Shown here piece after piece: positions 51,963 through 61,613 of a stretch of 64,000 bases of DNA. A program made the position numbers and the translations under genes. How positions within the stretch are numbered: position 1 is the first letter of the stretch; the number at the start of each line of letters is the position of its first letter. The notes beneath the pieces are model-generated. The model had not been told where the DNA came from and did no database searches. It saw only the letters and a program-made list of their open reading frames with translations. This stretch comes from Candidatus Latescibacterota bacterium (GTDB lineage Bacteria > Latescibacterota > UBA2968). The DNA lies in contig OZ241986.1 in the NCBI GenBank assembly GCA_965204375.1, forward strand, positions 5,376,001 to 5,440,000. The letters run 5' to 3'.

Positions 51963-53009
51963 TCAGGCTCCTTCTCCCGGAAATCCCTCTTTGCGAATGC
52001 GTTCGCCCACTGCGAGCAGTACTGGTACATCTTTTTCATCGAGTGAGCCATCGGGCAGGGGTCCGGTGTTTAACAATAAATTGCAACCGCTTTCTCGCGC
52101 TGCTGTCAGTGCCTGCCAAACTTCATCTTCATTTTTGTGGTGGCCCCCTTCGGCGAGGTAGCCCCAGGATACGCCTTTTCCACCTGGTCCAGAACACATT
52201 GTCGTGCAGATTTCCATGGGTTTGTCGGTCTGTGTTACAGCTTGATGTTCGGGTGCCTGAAAGTCTTCGGTGCCCAGCAAGCCCTGTTTGTAGGAGACCA
52301 GCACTTGTGGTTGCATGCTGTGGATGTAGTCGTAGAGTTCCTGGCACTTAAATTTCTCTTTGTCGCCGTTGTTGAGAACGCCAATTCCATCCAGCCAGAT
52401 TGCGGCTACGGGTCCGTAATTTGTGAGTAGTTCTGTAATTTGCGCCTGCATGAAGTCGAGATAGATTTGCAGGTTGTGCGCGGAGCCAGTGGCATAGCTC
52501 GGTTCGGGCGGGTCGTATTTGGGTCTTGCCTGTCCGCCCCATTCGTCGTTGTTGGGGGCATGTGGATGTTTCCAATCCCGTCCGTGGGAGTAGTACAAAC
52601 ACAGTCCGAGTGCGTGTCGATCACAGGCTTCGGCCAGTTCTTTGATCAAGTCGCGGCCCACCGGGGCATTGGTGCTGCTAAAGTCCGTTTCCGCTGTGTC
52701 GAATAAGCAGAATGAGTCGTGATGCCGCGTGGTGATGTTGATGTATTTCATTTCGCAGTCAACGGCAAATTGCGCGATGCGCTCGGCATCGAAGTTTTCA
52801 GCGGTGAAGTCGTCCGTGAGTTTTGCGTATTCGGCTACGGGTATGAGTTCTCGCAGTTGCACCCATTCGTGCCGTCCTATTAGAGAGTAGAGTCCGTAGT
52901 GTAAGAACAGGCCGTAACGCGCCTCGCGGAACCACTGTAGTGCGGCAGCACGCGGATCATCGGCGTAAAGGTCGGCGTAATTTTTCAAATAATTGGGGAT
53001 ATTGCTCAT
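51963..53009 (-). CDS. Alpha-L-fucosidase (GH29)
   Basis: YGLFLHYGLYS, TTRHHDSF, IWLDG, LLLNTGP. Confidence 0.9.
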   Translation of the reverse strand: MSNIPNYLKNYADLYADDPRAAALQWFREARYGLFLHYGLYSLIGRHEWVQLRELIPVAEYAKLTDDFTAENFDAERIAQFAVDCEMKYINITTRHHDSFCLFDTAETDFSSTNAPVGRDLIKELAEACDRHALGLCLYYSHGRDWKHPHAPNNDEWGGQARPKYDPPEPSYATGSAHNLQIYLDFMQAQITELLTNYGPVAAIWLDGIGVLNNGDKEKFKCQELYDYIHSMQPQVLVSYKQGLLGTEDFQAPEHQAVTQTDKPMEICTTMCSGPGGKGVSWGYLAEGGHHKNEDEVWQALTAARESGCNLLLNTGPLPDGSLDEKDVPVLLAVGERIRKEGFPGEGA

Positions 53010-53037
53010 GGGAATCTCCGGTTGTAAGTGGGGTCAA

Positions 53038-53976
53038 CTATGCTTGTAAGAACTCCGGTACGCTGAAGTACCGCTCGCCCGAGTCGCAGATTATGGTTGC
53101 GACCCGCTTGTCAGGGCCGAGGTCGCGGGCGACTTGCAGGGCAGCGAATACATTTGCTCCGGCTGATATGCCGGCCAAAATGCCTTCTTCGCGACCGAGT
53201 TTGCGAGCTGTTTTGATGGCGTCTTCATCGCGCACGCATATTAGTGCGTCGAAAATATCGCGGTTGAGTACGGAGGGAACGAAGCCTGCACCGATGCCCT
53301 GGATGCCGTGTAGTCCTGGTTCTCCGCCCGATAGGACCGGGGATTTGGTGGGTTCGACGGCGACTACGAGTATGTGTTCTAATTCGGCTTTTAAGACTTC
53401 GCCCACGCCTGTGATGGTTCCTCCCGTGCCTATGCCTGCGACAAAGGCGTCGAGGCGGCCGTCAACGGCTTCTAATATTTCTCGGGCTGTGGTTTGTCGG
53501 TGTATTTCCGGGTTGGCAGGGTTGTTAAATTGCTGTGGCATAAAGGTCGTTTCGGGTGATTTATTTACGATTCGTTCGGCTTCTGCGACAGCGCCGGGCA
53601 TGTCGAGGTCGCCCGGGGTTAATATCAATTCGGCACCGTAACTTTCGAGCAGGTCGCGTCGTTCCCGGCTCATTGAATCGGGCATGGTTAGTATCAGGTG
53701 ATAACCGCGTGCTGTGGCAACCATTGCGAGACCGATGCCCGTGTTGCCACTGGTCGGTTCGACGAGGGTCATGCCCGGCTTTAAGTGGCCGTCGCGTTCT
53801 GCGGCTTCGATCATTGATAGGGCTATGCGGTCTTTTACCGTGCGGGCCGGATTTAAGGATTCCATTTTGACGACGATTTCGGCCATGTCGGATGTCGCCA
53901 GGCTGTTTAAGCGTATCAGGGGCGTGCCGCCGATCAGTTGCATGAAGTCATCGACAACGATGTTGTTTTCAGGCAT
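53038..53976 (-). CDS. cysK: Cysteine synthase A
   Basis: TVKDRIA, EPTSGNTG, QQFNN, GIGTGGT, IQGIGAG, GERY. Confidence 0.94.
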   Translation of the reverse strand: MPENNIVVDDFMQLIGGTPLIRLNSLATSDMAEIVVKMESLNPARTVKDRIALSMIEAAERDGHLKPGMTLVEPTSGNTGIGLAMVATARGYHLILTMPDSMSRERRDLLESYGAELILTPGDLDMPGAVAEAERIVNKSPETTFMPQQFNNPANPEIHRQTTAREILEAVDGRLDAFVAGIGTGGTITGVGEVLKAELEHILVVAVEPTKSPVLSGGEPGLHGIQGIGAGFVPSVLNRDIFDALICVRDEDAIKTARKLGREEGILAGISAGANVFAALQVARDLGPDKRVATIICDSGERYFSVPEFLQA

Positions 53977-53990
53977 AAGCGTTTCCTTTT

Positions 53991-54503
53991 TTACCATCCT
54001 CCTACTTGTGTTCGATCTACGACGTCTTTGGAGAGCATGCGCAGCGCGTCACCGATGCCTTTTGTGCGGGCAAGGTCGCGTTGGCTTGCCGCGTCGTAGA
54101 TGCCGTAACCGCGCATGCGGTCCAGTTCCCAGAGGGTTTGTTTTTCCCGGGTGTCGTAAAAGGCCATTTTTACATAGACGGAAATTTGATATTGTTCGGC
54201 ACTCGCTTGTCCGCCATAGGTAAAGGGTTCTTCTTTGATTTCCAGTACAGTGCCCTGCAATACGGCATCTGCCTGGTCTTCTTCGACTACGCGCAGGGCA
54301 CCATCAGAGACAAATCCCTGAATTAAGCTGTCTGTCAATGCCTGGTGAATACCGGCTTCGAGGCTTTCGTTGTCGAGCAGAGGTACAGCAACGGAGCGGA
54401 TGCCACCACTGCCCGTGGCTGATGTGGAGTAATAAGCACAGCTTAACGGCAGATACATGATGAGCAGTAAGCAGCAAGCCGACCACTTTTGGGATGTGCT
54501 CAA
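53991..54503 (-). CDS. LptE-like lipoprotein
   Basis: PLSC lipobox; IRSVAVP..N, ADAVLQGTV. Confidence 0.65.
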   Translation of the reverse strand: MSTSQKWSACCLLLIMYLPLSCAYYSTSATGSGGIRSVAVPLLDNESLEAGIHQALTDSLIQGFVSDGALRVVEEDQADAVLQGTVLEIKEEPFTYGGQASAEQYQISVYVKMAFYDTREKQTLWELDRMRGYGIYDAASQRDLARTKGIGDALRMLSKDVVDRTQVGGW

Positions 54504-54868
54504 TTTTTTTTCTCCTCTTCGTCCTCTGTGCTATTATCTGGTGCCTGATCTTCTGCCTGATCCTCCGCTTGCTCTTCTGGCGCTTCGTCCTTTTTGAGTT
54601 CATCTACATAATTCATTCGCAGTTCAAATAAGACGTGTTCCATTAATCTTTGCTCGTTGTCGTTTAAGTTGCCTTTTGTTTTTTCGTCTAACATGCCGAG
54701 GATGTCAATCATGTTTTTGGCCTGTTCCAGGTTGCGCTCGATCTGGTTGGTTACCGGGTTCATCACTTTGCCCAGGTTTTGCAATGCCATGCCCTGAAAC
54801 ATCATAACCAGTTGCATGAATAGCAGTTCGTTTTGTTGGTCTTGTGTCGGTATGTTTTGGTCAGCCAT
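54500..54868 (-). CDS. DUF1844-family protein
   Basis: LGKVMNP, AKNMIDILGML.EKTKGNL, ELRMNYV. Confidence 0.85.
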   Translation of the reverse strand: MADQNIPTQDQQNELLFMQLVMMFQGMALQNLGKVMNPVTNQIERNLEQAKNMIDILGMLDEKTKGNLNDNEQRLMEHVLFELRMNYVDELKKDEAPEEQAEDQAEDQAPDNSTEDEEEKKN

Positions 54869-54988
54869 TTTGTGTTCTCCTTCTCGTTTGTCGTTACAGA
54901 TATATTGGGCTTTAATATTTCAAAACTTCTTATGGATGTCAAGGCGATGTTCGCTGTCCTTATGGGGTTGCACAAAATGCTGATTTTT

Positions 54989-55597
54989 TTATTTTAGTGC
55001 TGCTTGCAAATAGGCCGATACGGTTTCCGCGTCGTTATACCCTCGGGTGATGAAGGTGACGGACGCATTGTTTCTTATGACGAGACTTGGAAACTGATTG
55101 GCATTCATCGACCGCCTGATGTTAAATCCATCTTGCATCTGCTGTTCTGTTTCGGGTGAGGATAGATCGCATGCAAATCGCTTTGTGTCTAACCCGATTT
55201 CACCCGCCAATGCGACGAGGACTTCTGTATCTGATGGGTTGCGCGCTTCCCGATAATAGGCGCGTTGAATCGCCTCGAACATCGCTGTTCCAGCCCCTTG
55301 ATTTTGAGCCGCATAAAATGCCCTGCAAGATGGATATGTGCATCGCCGCGGTTTGCATTTTTCCCAAAAGTCCCAGTTAAAATTCGCGCCTGTTATGGCT
55401 GCGACTTCGCGCCATGCACGCTGGATATGCGCCTGCATCGCGTCGGGCATAGGGTCATCGGTGTCGCGCGCCAATCCACCCATGATATATACGGGTGATA
55501 ACTCTTCTGGTAAGGCTTCTTTTACTTTTTCAAGTACCGGCTGAAATCCCCAGCACCACGAACACATGGGGTCGGCGACGTAGTAAAGTGTTTTCAT
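54989..55597 (-). CDS. DsbA-family (thioredoxin-fold) protein
   Basis: DPMCSWCWGF, FPSL. Confidence 0.88.
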   Translation of the reverse strand: MKTLYYVADPMCSWCWGFQPVLEKVKEALPEELSPVYIMGGLARDTDDPMPDAMQAHIQRAWREVAAITGANFNWDFWEKCKPRRCTYPSCRAFYAAQNQGAGTAMFEAIQRAYYREARNPSDTEVLVALAGEIGLDTKRFACDLSSPETEQQMQDGFNIRRSMNANQFPSLVIRNNASVTFITRGYNDAETVSAYLQAALK

Positions 55598-55783
55598 GGT
55601 TTTCTCCTGTTTTGGTTGGTTTATTTTTTAACATAATGGGAATGTAATGTTTTGCCAAGATATCTAATTCTGACCTTTGCACTAAAGCCTTCCAAAAATT
55701 GGTTGCATGGCGTTCTCATGCGCCATATCTTGCGATAGAGTGTAAGTTTATTTTTTCTTCCCCCCTTTTCAAAGGAGGCTTGC

Positions 55784-56248
55784 GTGAAAATTGAAGTCAC
55801 TGTGAACGGGGAGCATCAAAGCTACGACGTGGAATCTCGGATGTTGCTCGTGCATTTTTTGCGCGATGTCGTCGGGCTTACTGGCACGCATGTGGGCTGT
55901 GAGACCAGCCTTTGTGGCGCGTGCAGTGTGATGCTCAATGGAGATGCTGTCAAATCATGTACGGTTTTGGCAGTGCAAGCCGATGGTGCTGAAATTACTA
56001 CCATTGAGGGCCTGGCTCAAAATGGTGAATTGCACCCTATTCAGGAGGGCTTCTGGGAGTGTCACGGATTGCAGTGCGGTTTTTGCACCCCGGGCATGAT
56101 TATTGCCGCGCACCAGCTTTTAGAACGCAATCCCAAACCCAGCGAAGCCGATATTCGTCGCGGTATAGAAGGCAATCTGTGCCGCTGTACAGGGTACCAA
56201 CACATTGTCGATGCGGTTCAATACGCATCGAAAAAAATGACCACATAG
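55784..56248 (+). CDS. coxS: 2Fe-2S small subunit (CoxS-like)
   Basis: [26 protein letters not shown]. Confidence 0.9.
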   Translation: MKIEVTVNGEHQSYDVESRMLLVHFLRDVVGLTGTHVGCETSLCGACSVMLNGDAVKSCTVLAVQADGAEITTIEGLAQNGELHPIQEGFWECHGLQCGFCTPGMIIAAHQLLERNPKPSEADIRRGIEGNLCRCTGYQHIVDAVQYASKKMTT

Positions 56249-56258
56249 GAGGCGCCCC

Positions 56259-58592
56259 ATGCCTGTTAGCAAATCTGTTGGCGCCCGTATTAAGCGCCGA
56301 GAAGACCCCCGATTGATTCAGGGCCTTGCTCATTATGTCGATGACATCAAGTTGCCCAATTTGTTGCATGTCGCGATTTTGCGAAGTCCTTATGCCCATG
56401 CGCGCATCAGTGGTATTAATACCGATGCGGCTCAAAATTTGTCCGGCGTCAAGTCTGTTGTCACTGGCGATGATGTCAAAGACGTCATTGGTGGGATTCC
56501 CTGTGCGGCTACAGATCCGGAGGGATTCCCCGGCATTAAGGTGCCCCACCATCCCGTGCTCGCAACCGGAAAAGTGCGTTTTGTTGGTGAACCCGTCGCC
56601 GCTGTTGCAGCGACAGATGCGTACATTGCCCAGGATGCACTGGATTTGATTGAGGTCGATTACGAACCTCTCGATGCCATAAACTCGGCTGAGGCGGCTT
56701 TTGCCGATGGCGCGCCTGTTATCCACGAAGATTGGGACGATAATATGGCTTTTACCTGGAGTATTGCCGGGGGCGATGTGGATGCGGCTTTTGCCGAAGC
56801 CGATCATGTCGTCAGTCAGCGGATTGACCATCAACGTCTGGTTCCCAATCCGATGGAGACGCGAGGCGTGGTTGCCCAATATTTGCCCGGCAAAGACCAG
56901 CTCAACTTATGGTCATCTACGCAAATTCCCCATCTTTTACGCACGCAAATATCCGTTATGCTGGGTATGGCCGAGAACCATGTTCGCGTTATTGCGCCCG
57001 AAGTGGGCGGCGGTTTTGGTTGCAAGCTCAATGTGTACGCCGAAGAAGCCCTGCTCGGGCATATGGCGAAATATCTCGGGCAGCCCGTGAAGTGGATTGA
57101 GGGGCGGCGTGAAAATTTTGTGCATACGATTCACGGACGCGATCAGACCGGAGATGTCGAACTCGCGGTGAAAAACGACGGCACGATCCTCGGTCTCAAA
57201 TACACGGTTACGGCGGATGTGGGGGCTTATTATCAGTTGCTCACGCCGGCCATTCCCACGCTTACGGGTTTGATGCTGTGCGGTTCTTATACATTTAAAA
57301 ATGTGCAGATGAATCTCACAGCCGCTTTTACGAATAAGATGGCGACGGATGCCTATCGGGGTGCGGGACGTCCCGAGGCTACGTATCTCATTGAGCGCAT
57401 GGTCGATGTGGTGGCGCACGATCTGGATCTGGATCCTCTGGAGGTGCGACGCAAAAACTTTATCGGCAAAGACGCTTTTCCCTATGAAACGGGTACTGCT
57501 CTGGCTTATGATAGCGGCGATTATACGGCTGCGCTCGACAAGGCACTCAAGATCGCCGATTACGACGCTTTGCGCGAGCAGCAGGCCGAATTACGCGAAG
57601 AGGGCCGATACCTCGGTATTGGATTTTCCACGTATGTGGAGATTTGCGGTATGGGTCCTTCGGCTGCGATGCCCGCTGGCGGTTGGGAGAGCAGCACTGT
57701 GCGCGTAGATCCCACGGGTAAGGTAACCGTGCTTACGGGTGTATCGCCCCACGGACAGGGGCAGGAGACCACTTTTGCCCAGCTTATTGCCGATGGATTG
57801 GGCGTTGATATCGACGATATTCGCATTATCCACGGCGATACCGATACAGTGCAATACGGTATTGGTACTTTCGGCAGTCGCGCGACGGCTGTGGGTGGTA
57901 CAGCGATGGTGCATGCGATGGGTAAGGTGAAAGACAAAGTGGTCAATATCGCCGCGCATCTGCTGGAGAGCAATCCACAGGATATTGTGATTGAAGACGG
58001 CAAATACTGCGTTCAGGGTGCGCCCGAGTCGGGTCTCACTTTGGGCGAAATTGCTATGGTGGCTCATGTGGGTGTGGAACTTCCCGAGGGTACAGAACCC
58101 GGTTTGGCTGAGTCGCACTTTTTTGAGCCGCCAAACTTTACCTATCCGTTTGGTACGCACATCGCCGTGGTCGAGGTCGATGCCGATACGGGTGAGGTTG
58201 AGATACAGCGTTATATCGCCGTTGACGATTGCGGAAATATTATCAATCCACTGATTGTTGAAGGCCAGGTACACGGCGGTATTGCACAGGGGGTGGGACA
58301 AGCCCTTTACGAGGAAGCCATTTACGACGAGAGCGGGCAGATGATCACCGGTTCATTTATGGATTATGCCTTGCCCAAAGCGCACAATTTCCCGCGCTTT
58401 GAATTGGCAAATACGGTTACGCCTTCGCCCGTCAATCCAATGGGTGTCAAAGGTGTGGGTGAAGCGGGTACGATTGGTTCCACGCCCGCGATAGCCAATG
58501 CGGTGATTGACGCGCTGAAACCTTTTGGCGTGCGACATATCGATCTGCCTTTGCGCCCCGAAAAACTCTGGAAACTCATGCAGGAGACTTGA
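56259..58592 (+). CDS. coxL: Molybdopterin large subunit, form II CoxL-like
   Basis: RREDPRL, GGGFG, AYRGAGRPE, HGQGQET, KGVGEAG. Confidence 0.88.
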   Translation: MPVSKSVGARIKRREDPRLIQGLAHYVDDIKLPNLLHVAILRSPYAHARISGINTDAAQNLSGVKSVVTGDDVKDVIGGIPCAATDPEGFPGIKVPHHPVLATGKVRFVGEPVAAVAATDAYIAQDALDLIEVDYEPLDAINSAEAAFADGAPVIHEDWDDNMAFTWSIAGGDVDAAFAEADHVVSQRIDHQRLVPNPMETRGVVAQYLPGKDQLNLWSSTQIPHLLRTQISVMLGMAENHVRVIAPEVGGGFGCKLNVYAEEALLGHMAKYLGQPVKWIEGRRENFVHTIHGRDQTGDVELAVKNDGTILGLKYTVTADVGAYYQLLTPAIPTLTGLMLCGSYTFKNVQMNLTAAFTNKMATDAYRGAGRPEATYLIERMVDVVAHDLDLDPLEVRRKNFIGKDAFPYETGTALAYDSGDYTAALDKALKIADYDALREQQAELREEGRYLGIGFSTYVEICGMGPSAAMPAGGWESSTVRVDPTGKVTVLTGVSPHGQGQETTFAQLIADGLGVDIDDIRIIHGDTDTVQYGIGTFGSRATAVGGTAMVHAMGKVKDKVVNIAAHLLESNPQDIVIEDGKYCVQGAPESGLTLGEIAMVAHVGVELPEGTEPGLAESHFFEPPNFTYPFGTHIAVVEVDADTGEVEIQRYIAVDDCGNIINPLIVEGQVHGGIAQGVGQALYEEAIYDESGQMITGSFMDYALPKAHNFPRFELANTVTPSPVNPMGVKGVGEAGTIGSTPAIANAVIDALKPFGVRHIDLPLRPEKLWKLMQET

Positions 58593-58595
58593 ACG

Positions 58596-59453
58596 ATGAC
58601 CCCCTTTGATTACCACGCACCCAAAACTTTGAGAAGCGCGATGCGGCTGGTGCAAGAGTTCGGCGACGATGCCAAAGTACTGGCGGGCGGTCACAGTCTG
58701 ATTCCGTCTATGAAATTGCGTCTTGCCGCGCCTTCGGTCGTTATTGATCTGGGCGGCATTGCTGGCTTAAAAAGAGTGACTGCGGGCAATGAGACCATTA
58801 CTATCGGTGCTCTGGCCACGCATTATGCTGTGGAAAGCCACCGCTTATTGCCTTCAAAATGTTCACTTTTGCCCGAGACCGCAGCAGAAATTGGCGATGC
58901 ACAGGTGCGGAATCGGGGCACTGTGGGCGGGAGTATTGCCCATGCCGACCCGGCTGCAGATTGGCCGGCGACTATGCTCGCCCTCGATGCACAATTCGAT
59001 ATTGCCGGTCCCAATGGTGAACGCACGGTGGCTGCGTCTGATTTTTTTGTGGATCTTTTTATTACGGATTTGCAACCCGGCGAAATTCTCACGCAGATTC
59101 GCATTGCGGTGCCAGCCGAATGTTCGGGTGGTGCGTATGTCAAGATGCGACAATCTGCGTCCGGTTTTGCCCTCGCAGGCGTTGCGGCTCATGTCACTCT
59201 GGATGACGCGGGCAACTGCGCTTCTGTGGCTGTGGGTGTTACCGGTGTTGCGCCAGCGGCGTATCGCGCACAGGCGGTCGAAGATGCGCTTGTGGGGCAG
59301 GGTATTGACGCTGTTGCCGATGCGGCAGCCCATGCGGCTGATGGCGTAGAAGAATTTCAGGAGGATCACCACGCTTCTGGCGATTACCGCGCCCATCTGG
59401 CGCGCGTGTTTGCACAACGGGCATTGAGCCAGGCAATTGATCGCGCAGCTTGA
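58596..59453 (+). CDS. coxM: FAD-binding medium subunit (CoxM-like)
   Basis: LAGGHSLIP, QVRNRGTVGGS, HADPAAD. Confidence 0.9.
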   Translation: MTPFDYHAPKTLRSAMRLVQEFGDDAKVLAGGHSLIPSMKLRLAAPSVVIDLGGIAGLKRVTAGNETITIGALATHYAVESHRLLPSKCSLLPETAAEIGDAQVRNRGTVGGSIAHADPAADWPATMLALDAQFDIAGPNGERTVAASDFFVDLFITDLQPGEILTQIRIAVPAECSGGAYVKMRQSASGFALAGVAAHVTLDDAGNCASVAVGVTGVAPAAYRAQAVEDALVGQGIDAVADAAAHAADGVEEFQEDHHASGDYRAHLARVFAQRALSQAIDRAA

Positions 59454-59457
59454 TTTT

Positions 59458-59610
59458 ACGGCTCTCTTCTCTTTTGGGAAGGGAGCCGTGTGTTTTTTCG
59501 GAAGAGATGGTGGAAAGAAAGTTATCCGCAGATGGACGCAGATGGACGCAGATGATAAAGGGGCTGGTGTGGGGTAACTGACAACTGACAACTGGTTACT
59601 GACTACTTAC
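59458..59610. repeat. Hairpin plus CAGATGGACG tandem plus AACTGAC tandem
   Basis: acggctctcttc/gaagggagccgt; ccgcagatggacgcagatggacgcagatg; aactgacaactgacaactg. Confidence 0.75.
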
Positions 59611-59621
59611 AAGGATGCGTT

Positions 59622-60065
59622 TTGAAACTTTCTGGTACACACACGATTGGCGCAACGGTTGAACGCGCTTTTGAATTGCTTATCGATCCCGAGGTGCTCG
59701 CTCGTTGTATGCCCGGTTGCGACAAGCTGGAACACAGAGCAGATGGGGTTTACGATATGGCTGTTTCCGCCGGGATTGGTCCCGTTCGCGGCAAATATAC
59801 GGGTAGTGTCACGCTTTCAGATATTCAACCGCCCAAGCGCTATACGATGGTGGTCGAGATCAAGGGCACGACCGGGTTCGTCAAGGGACAGGGCGTTGTG
59901 GAACTCGCTCCTGATGGTGAAAATACGCGGATTTCGTTTGAGGGCGATGTGCAAATCGGCGGGCCAATCGCCGCTGTGGGACAGCGCATGCACGCCAGTG
60001 CTGCCCGTTTGATGACGCGGCAACTCTTTGGCGCGATTGACGCAGAGGCGCGCGCGTCAACTTGA
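59622..60065 (+). CDS. coxG: CoxG/SRPBCC-family protein
   Basis: DPEVLARCMPGC, GIGPVRG, IGGPIAAVGQR. Confidence 0.88.
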   Translation: MKLSGTHTIGATVERAFELLIDPEVLARCMPGCDKLEHRADGVYDMAVSAGIGPVRGKYTGSVTLSDIQPPKRYTMVVEIKGTTGFVKGQGVVELAPDGENTRISFEGDVQIGGPIAAVGQRMHASAARLMTRQLFGAIDAEARAST

Positions 60066-60073
60066 GGGATAAT

Positions 60074-60325
60074 ATGCAAATGTATGGATATCAGTGTGAT
60101 TATTGTGATGGCACAGTACAGGCTAAGCCATTAGAAAACGAAGTATTTAAACACAAGAATGGATTTGTGATTTTAGAAGATGTCACCATCGGTGTTTGCG
60201 ATTCGTGTGGCAATCGCTATTACTCTGCAGAACTGCTGCACGCGGTTCACGACATTGCTACAGGTGCTCAGTCTCCTGAGAGAACAGAAAATATTCCTGT
60301 TGCCCACTTTTCGAGAGCTGTATAA
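60074..60325 (+). CDS. YgiT/MqsA-type zinc-finger protein
   Basis: CDYC...VILEDV..VCDSCGNRYY. Confidence 0.8.
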   Translation: MQMYGYQCDYCDGTVQAKPLENEVFKHKNGFVILEDVTIGVCDSCGNRYYSAELLHAVHDIATGAQSPERTENIPVAHFSRAV

Positions 60326-60326
60326 A

Positions 60327-60689
60327 ATGTCATTTATTGATTGGGATAAATATCCCGCTAATGAAGTGGCGCCAGGCGTGCACATTCGGACGCCTTATGG
60401 TGAGAATTTGATGCTCTCTCGCGTTGAATTTGATGCGGGTGCTGTGGTGCCGATGCACAGCCATCCCCATGAGCAGGGAGGGATGATGCTTGAGGGGCGG
60501 ATGAAGTTCACGATTGATGGGGAGACCCGCACGGTTGAACCCGGCGAAGCTTTTCTGATTCCCGCCCATGTACCACACCGGGCCGAGGCAGTCGATGGTC
60601 CCTGTGTCGCTCTCGATATTTTTTCGCCGATTCGCGAGGATTATGTCGAGCTTGCCAACCGCTATATTCCACCCGAAGACAAAACGTAA
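60327..60689 (+). CDS. Cupin-domain protein
   Basis: HSHPHEQ, IPAHVPH, DIFSPIREDY. Confidence 0.9.
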   Translation: MSFIDWDKYPANEVAPGVHIRTPYGENLMLSRVEFDAGAVVPMHSHPHEQGGMMLEGRMKFTIDGETRTVEPGEAFLIPAHVPHRAEAVDGPCVALDIFSPIREDYVELANRYIPPEDKT

Positions 60690-60706
60690 TATTTTCCATT
60701 CACGGA

Positions 60707-61516
60707 TTGCCTATCTTGTTTTTCTTTTTGTTTCGCGCTTTTAAGACCTTTTCGATACTTTTGATATTTCTGCTGGGACAGCTTTGTGCGCAGAGTGATG
60801 TAAGTGAAAGAGTAAAAAAACTCGAGATCGGGACGTATGTCGAGGGTGCGTATTTTTCCGGCGCGCAAAAAAGGCGTTTTCGAGGCTATGTCAATCGCAC
60901 ACAGGGGTATGTGGTTACAATTGTCACAAATCAATTGCCCTATAGACGCCGCATCCCTTACCGATCTATTGATCATTTGCGCGTAAAGAAGACGAAAAGA
61001 ATTGCCGTGCAGTTCAATCCCCAGGCGCGTCGATTTTTGACCCGGACTGGCGTCATACCCGGGCACCGGGCTGTTATTGGCATTGCTGAAGTAGCAGATA
61101 GCCAGTTTGCGGGTATTATTGCGAGTGTGAGCGACTCTTTGATCGTTTTGGCAGATACACATAAGAGCGATGAGTATAAAATCCTGACGGCTTCGGAGCT
61201 GGATCAACTGTCGATTAATCTGAGCAAGACATCCCATATCGGGAAGGGATTCAAAGCCGGTCTGGTTACGGGTTTCTGCATTGGTGTTATTTTTTCTTCG
61301 TCCGATTTGAACAGGAGTACCGAGACCGGATGGTCAGCCCTTGCCAATATTGTTTTAAGCCCAAAAACTGTTGTTATTTCTGGGGTCGGTGCAGGTGTCG
61401 GTAGTATTATTGGCAGGCTTGCCAGCTACGAGACCTGGCAAGCTATCCCATTGGACCGCCTCAAATTCACCCGCTCTCACACGCCTTTGTCCCTCTCTGC
61501 ATCTTATTCTTTTTAA
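60707..61516 (+). CDS. Hypothetical exported/membrane protein
   Basis: Signal-like N-terminus and Gly-rich hydrophobic C-terminal segments. Confidence 0.55.
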   Translation: MPILFFFLFRAFKTFSILLIFLLGQLCAQSDVSERVKKLEIGTYVEGAYFSGAQKRRFRGYVNRTQGYVVTIVTNQLPYRRRIPYRSIDHLRVKKTKRIAVQFNPQARRFLTRTGVIPGHRAVIGIAEVADSQFAGIIASVSDSLIVLADTHKSDEYKILTASELDQLSINLSKTSHIGKGFKAGLVTGFCIGVIFSSSDLNRSTETGWSALANIVLSPKTVVISGVGAGVGSIIGRLASYETWQAIPLDRLKFTRSHTPLSLSASYSF

Positions 61517-61547
61517 TTGCTTGTCCATATTTTTTTAATCCCTGTGA

Positions 61548-61612
61548 TTGCATTTTTACAACAGTTTTGTAAATTTGCATTGTTTTTTTATAATAGTTTT
61601 GTAAATTTGCAA
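61548..61612 (+). promoter_or_regulatory. Promoter overlapped by three near-palindromic 14-mers
   Basis: TTGCATTTTTACAA, TTGTAAATTTGCAT, TTGTAAATTTGCAA; TATAAT at 61589. Confidence 0.6.
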
Positions 61613-61613
61613 T

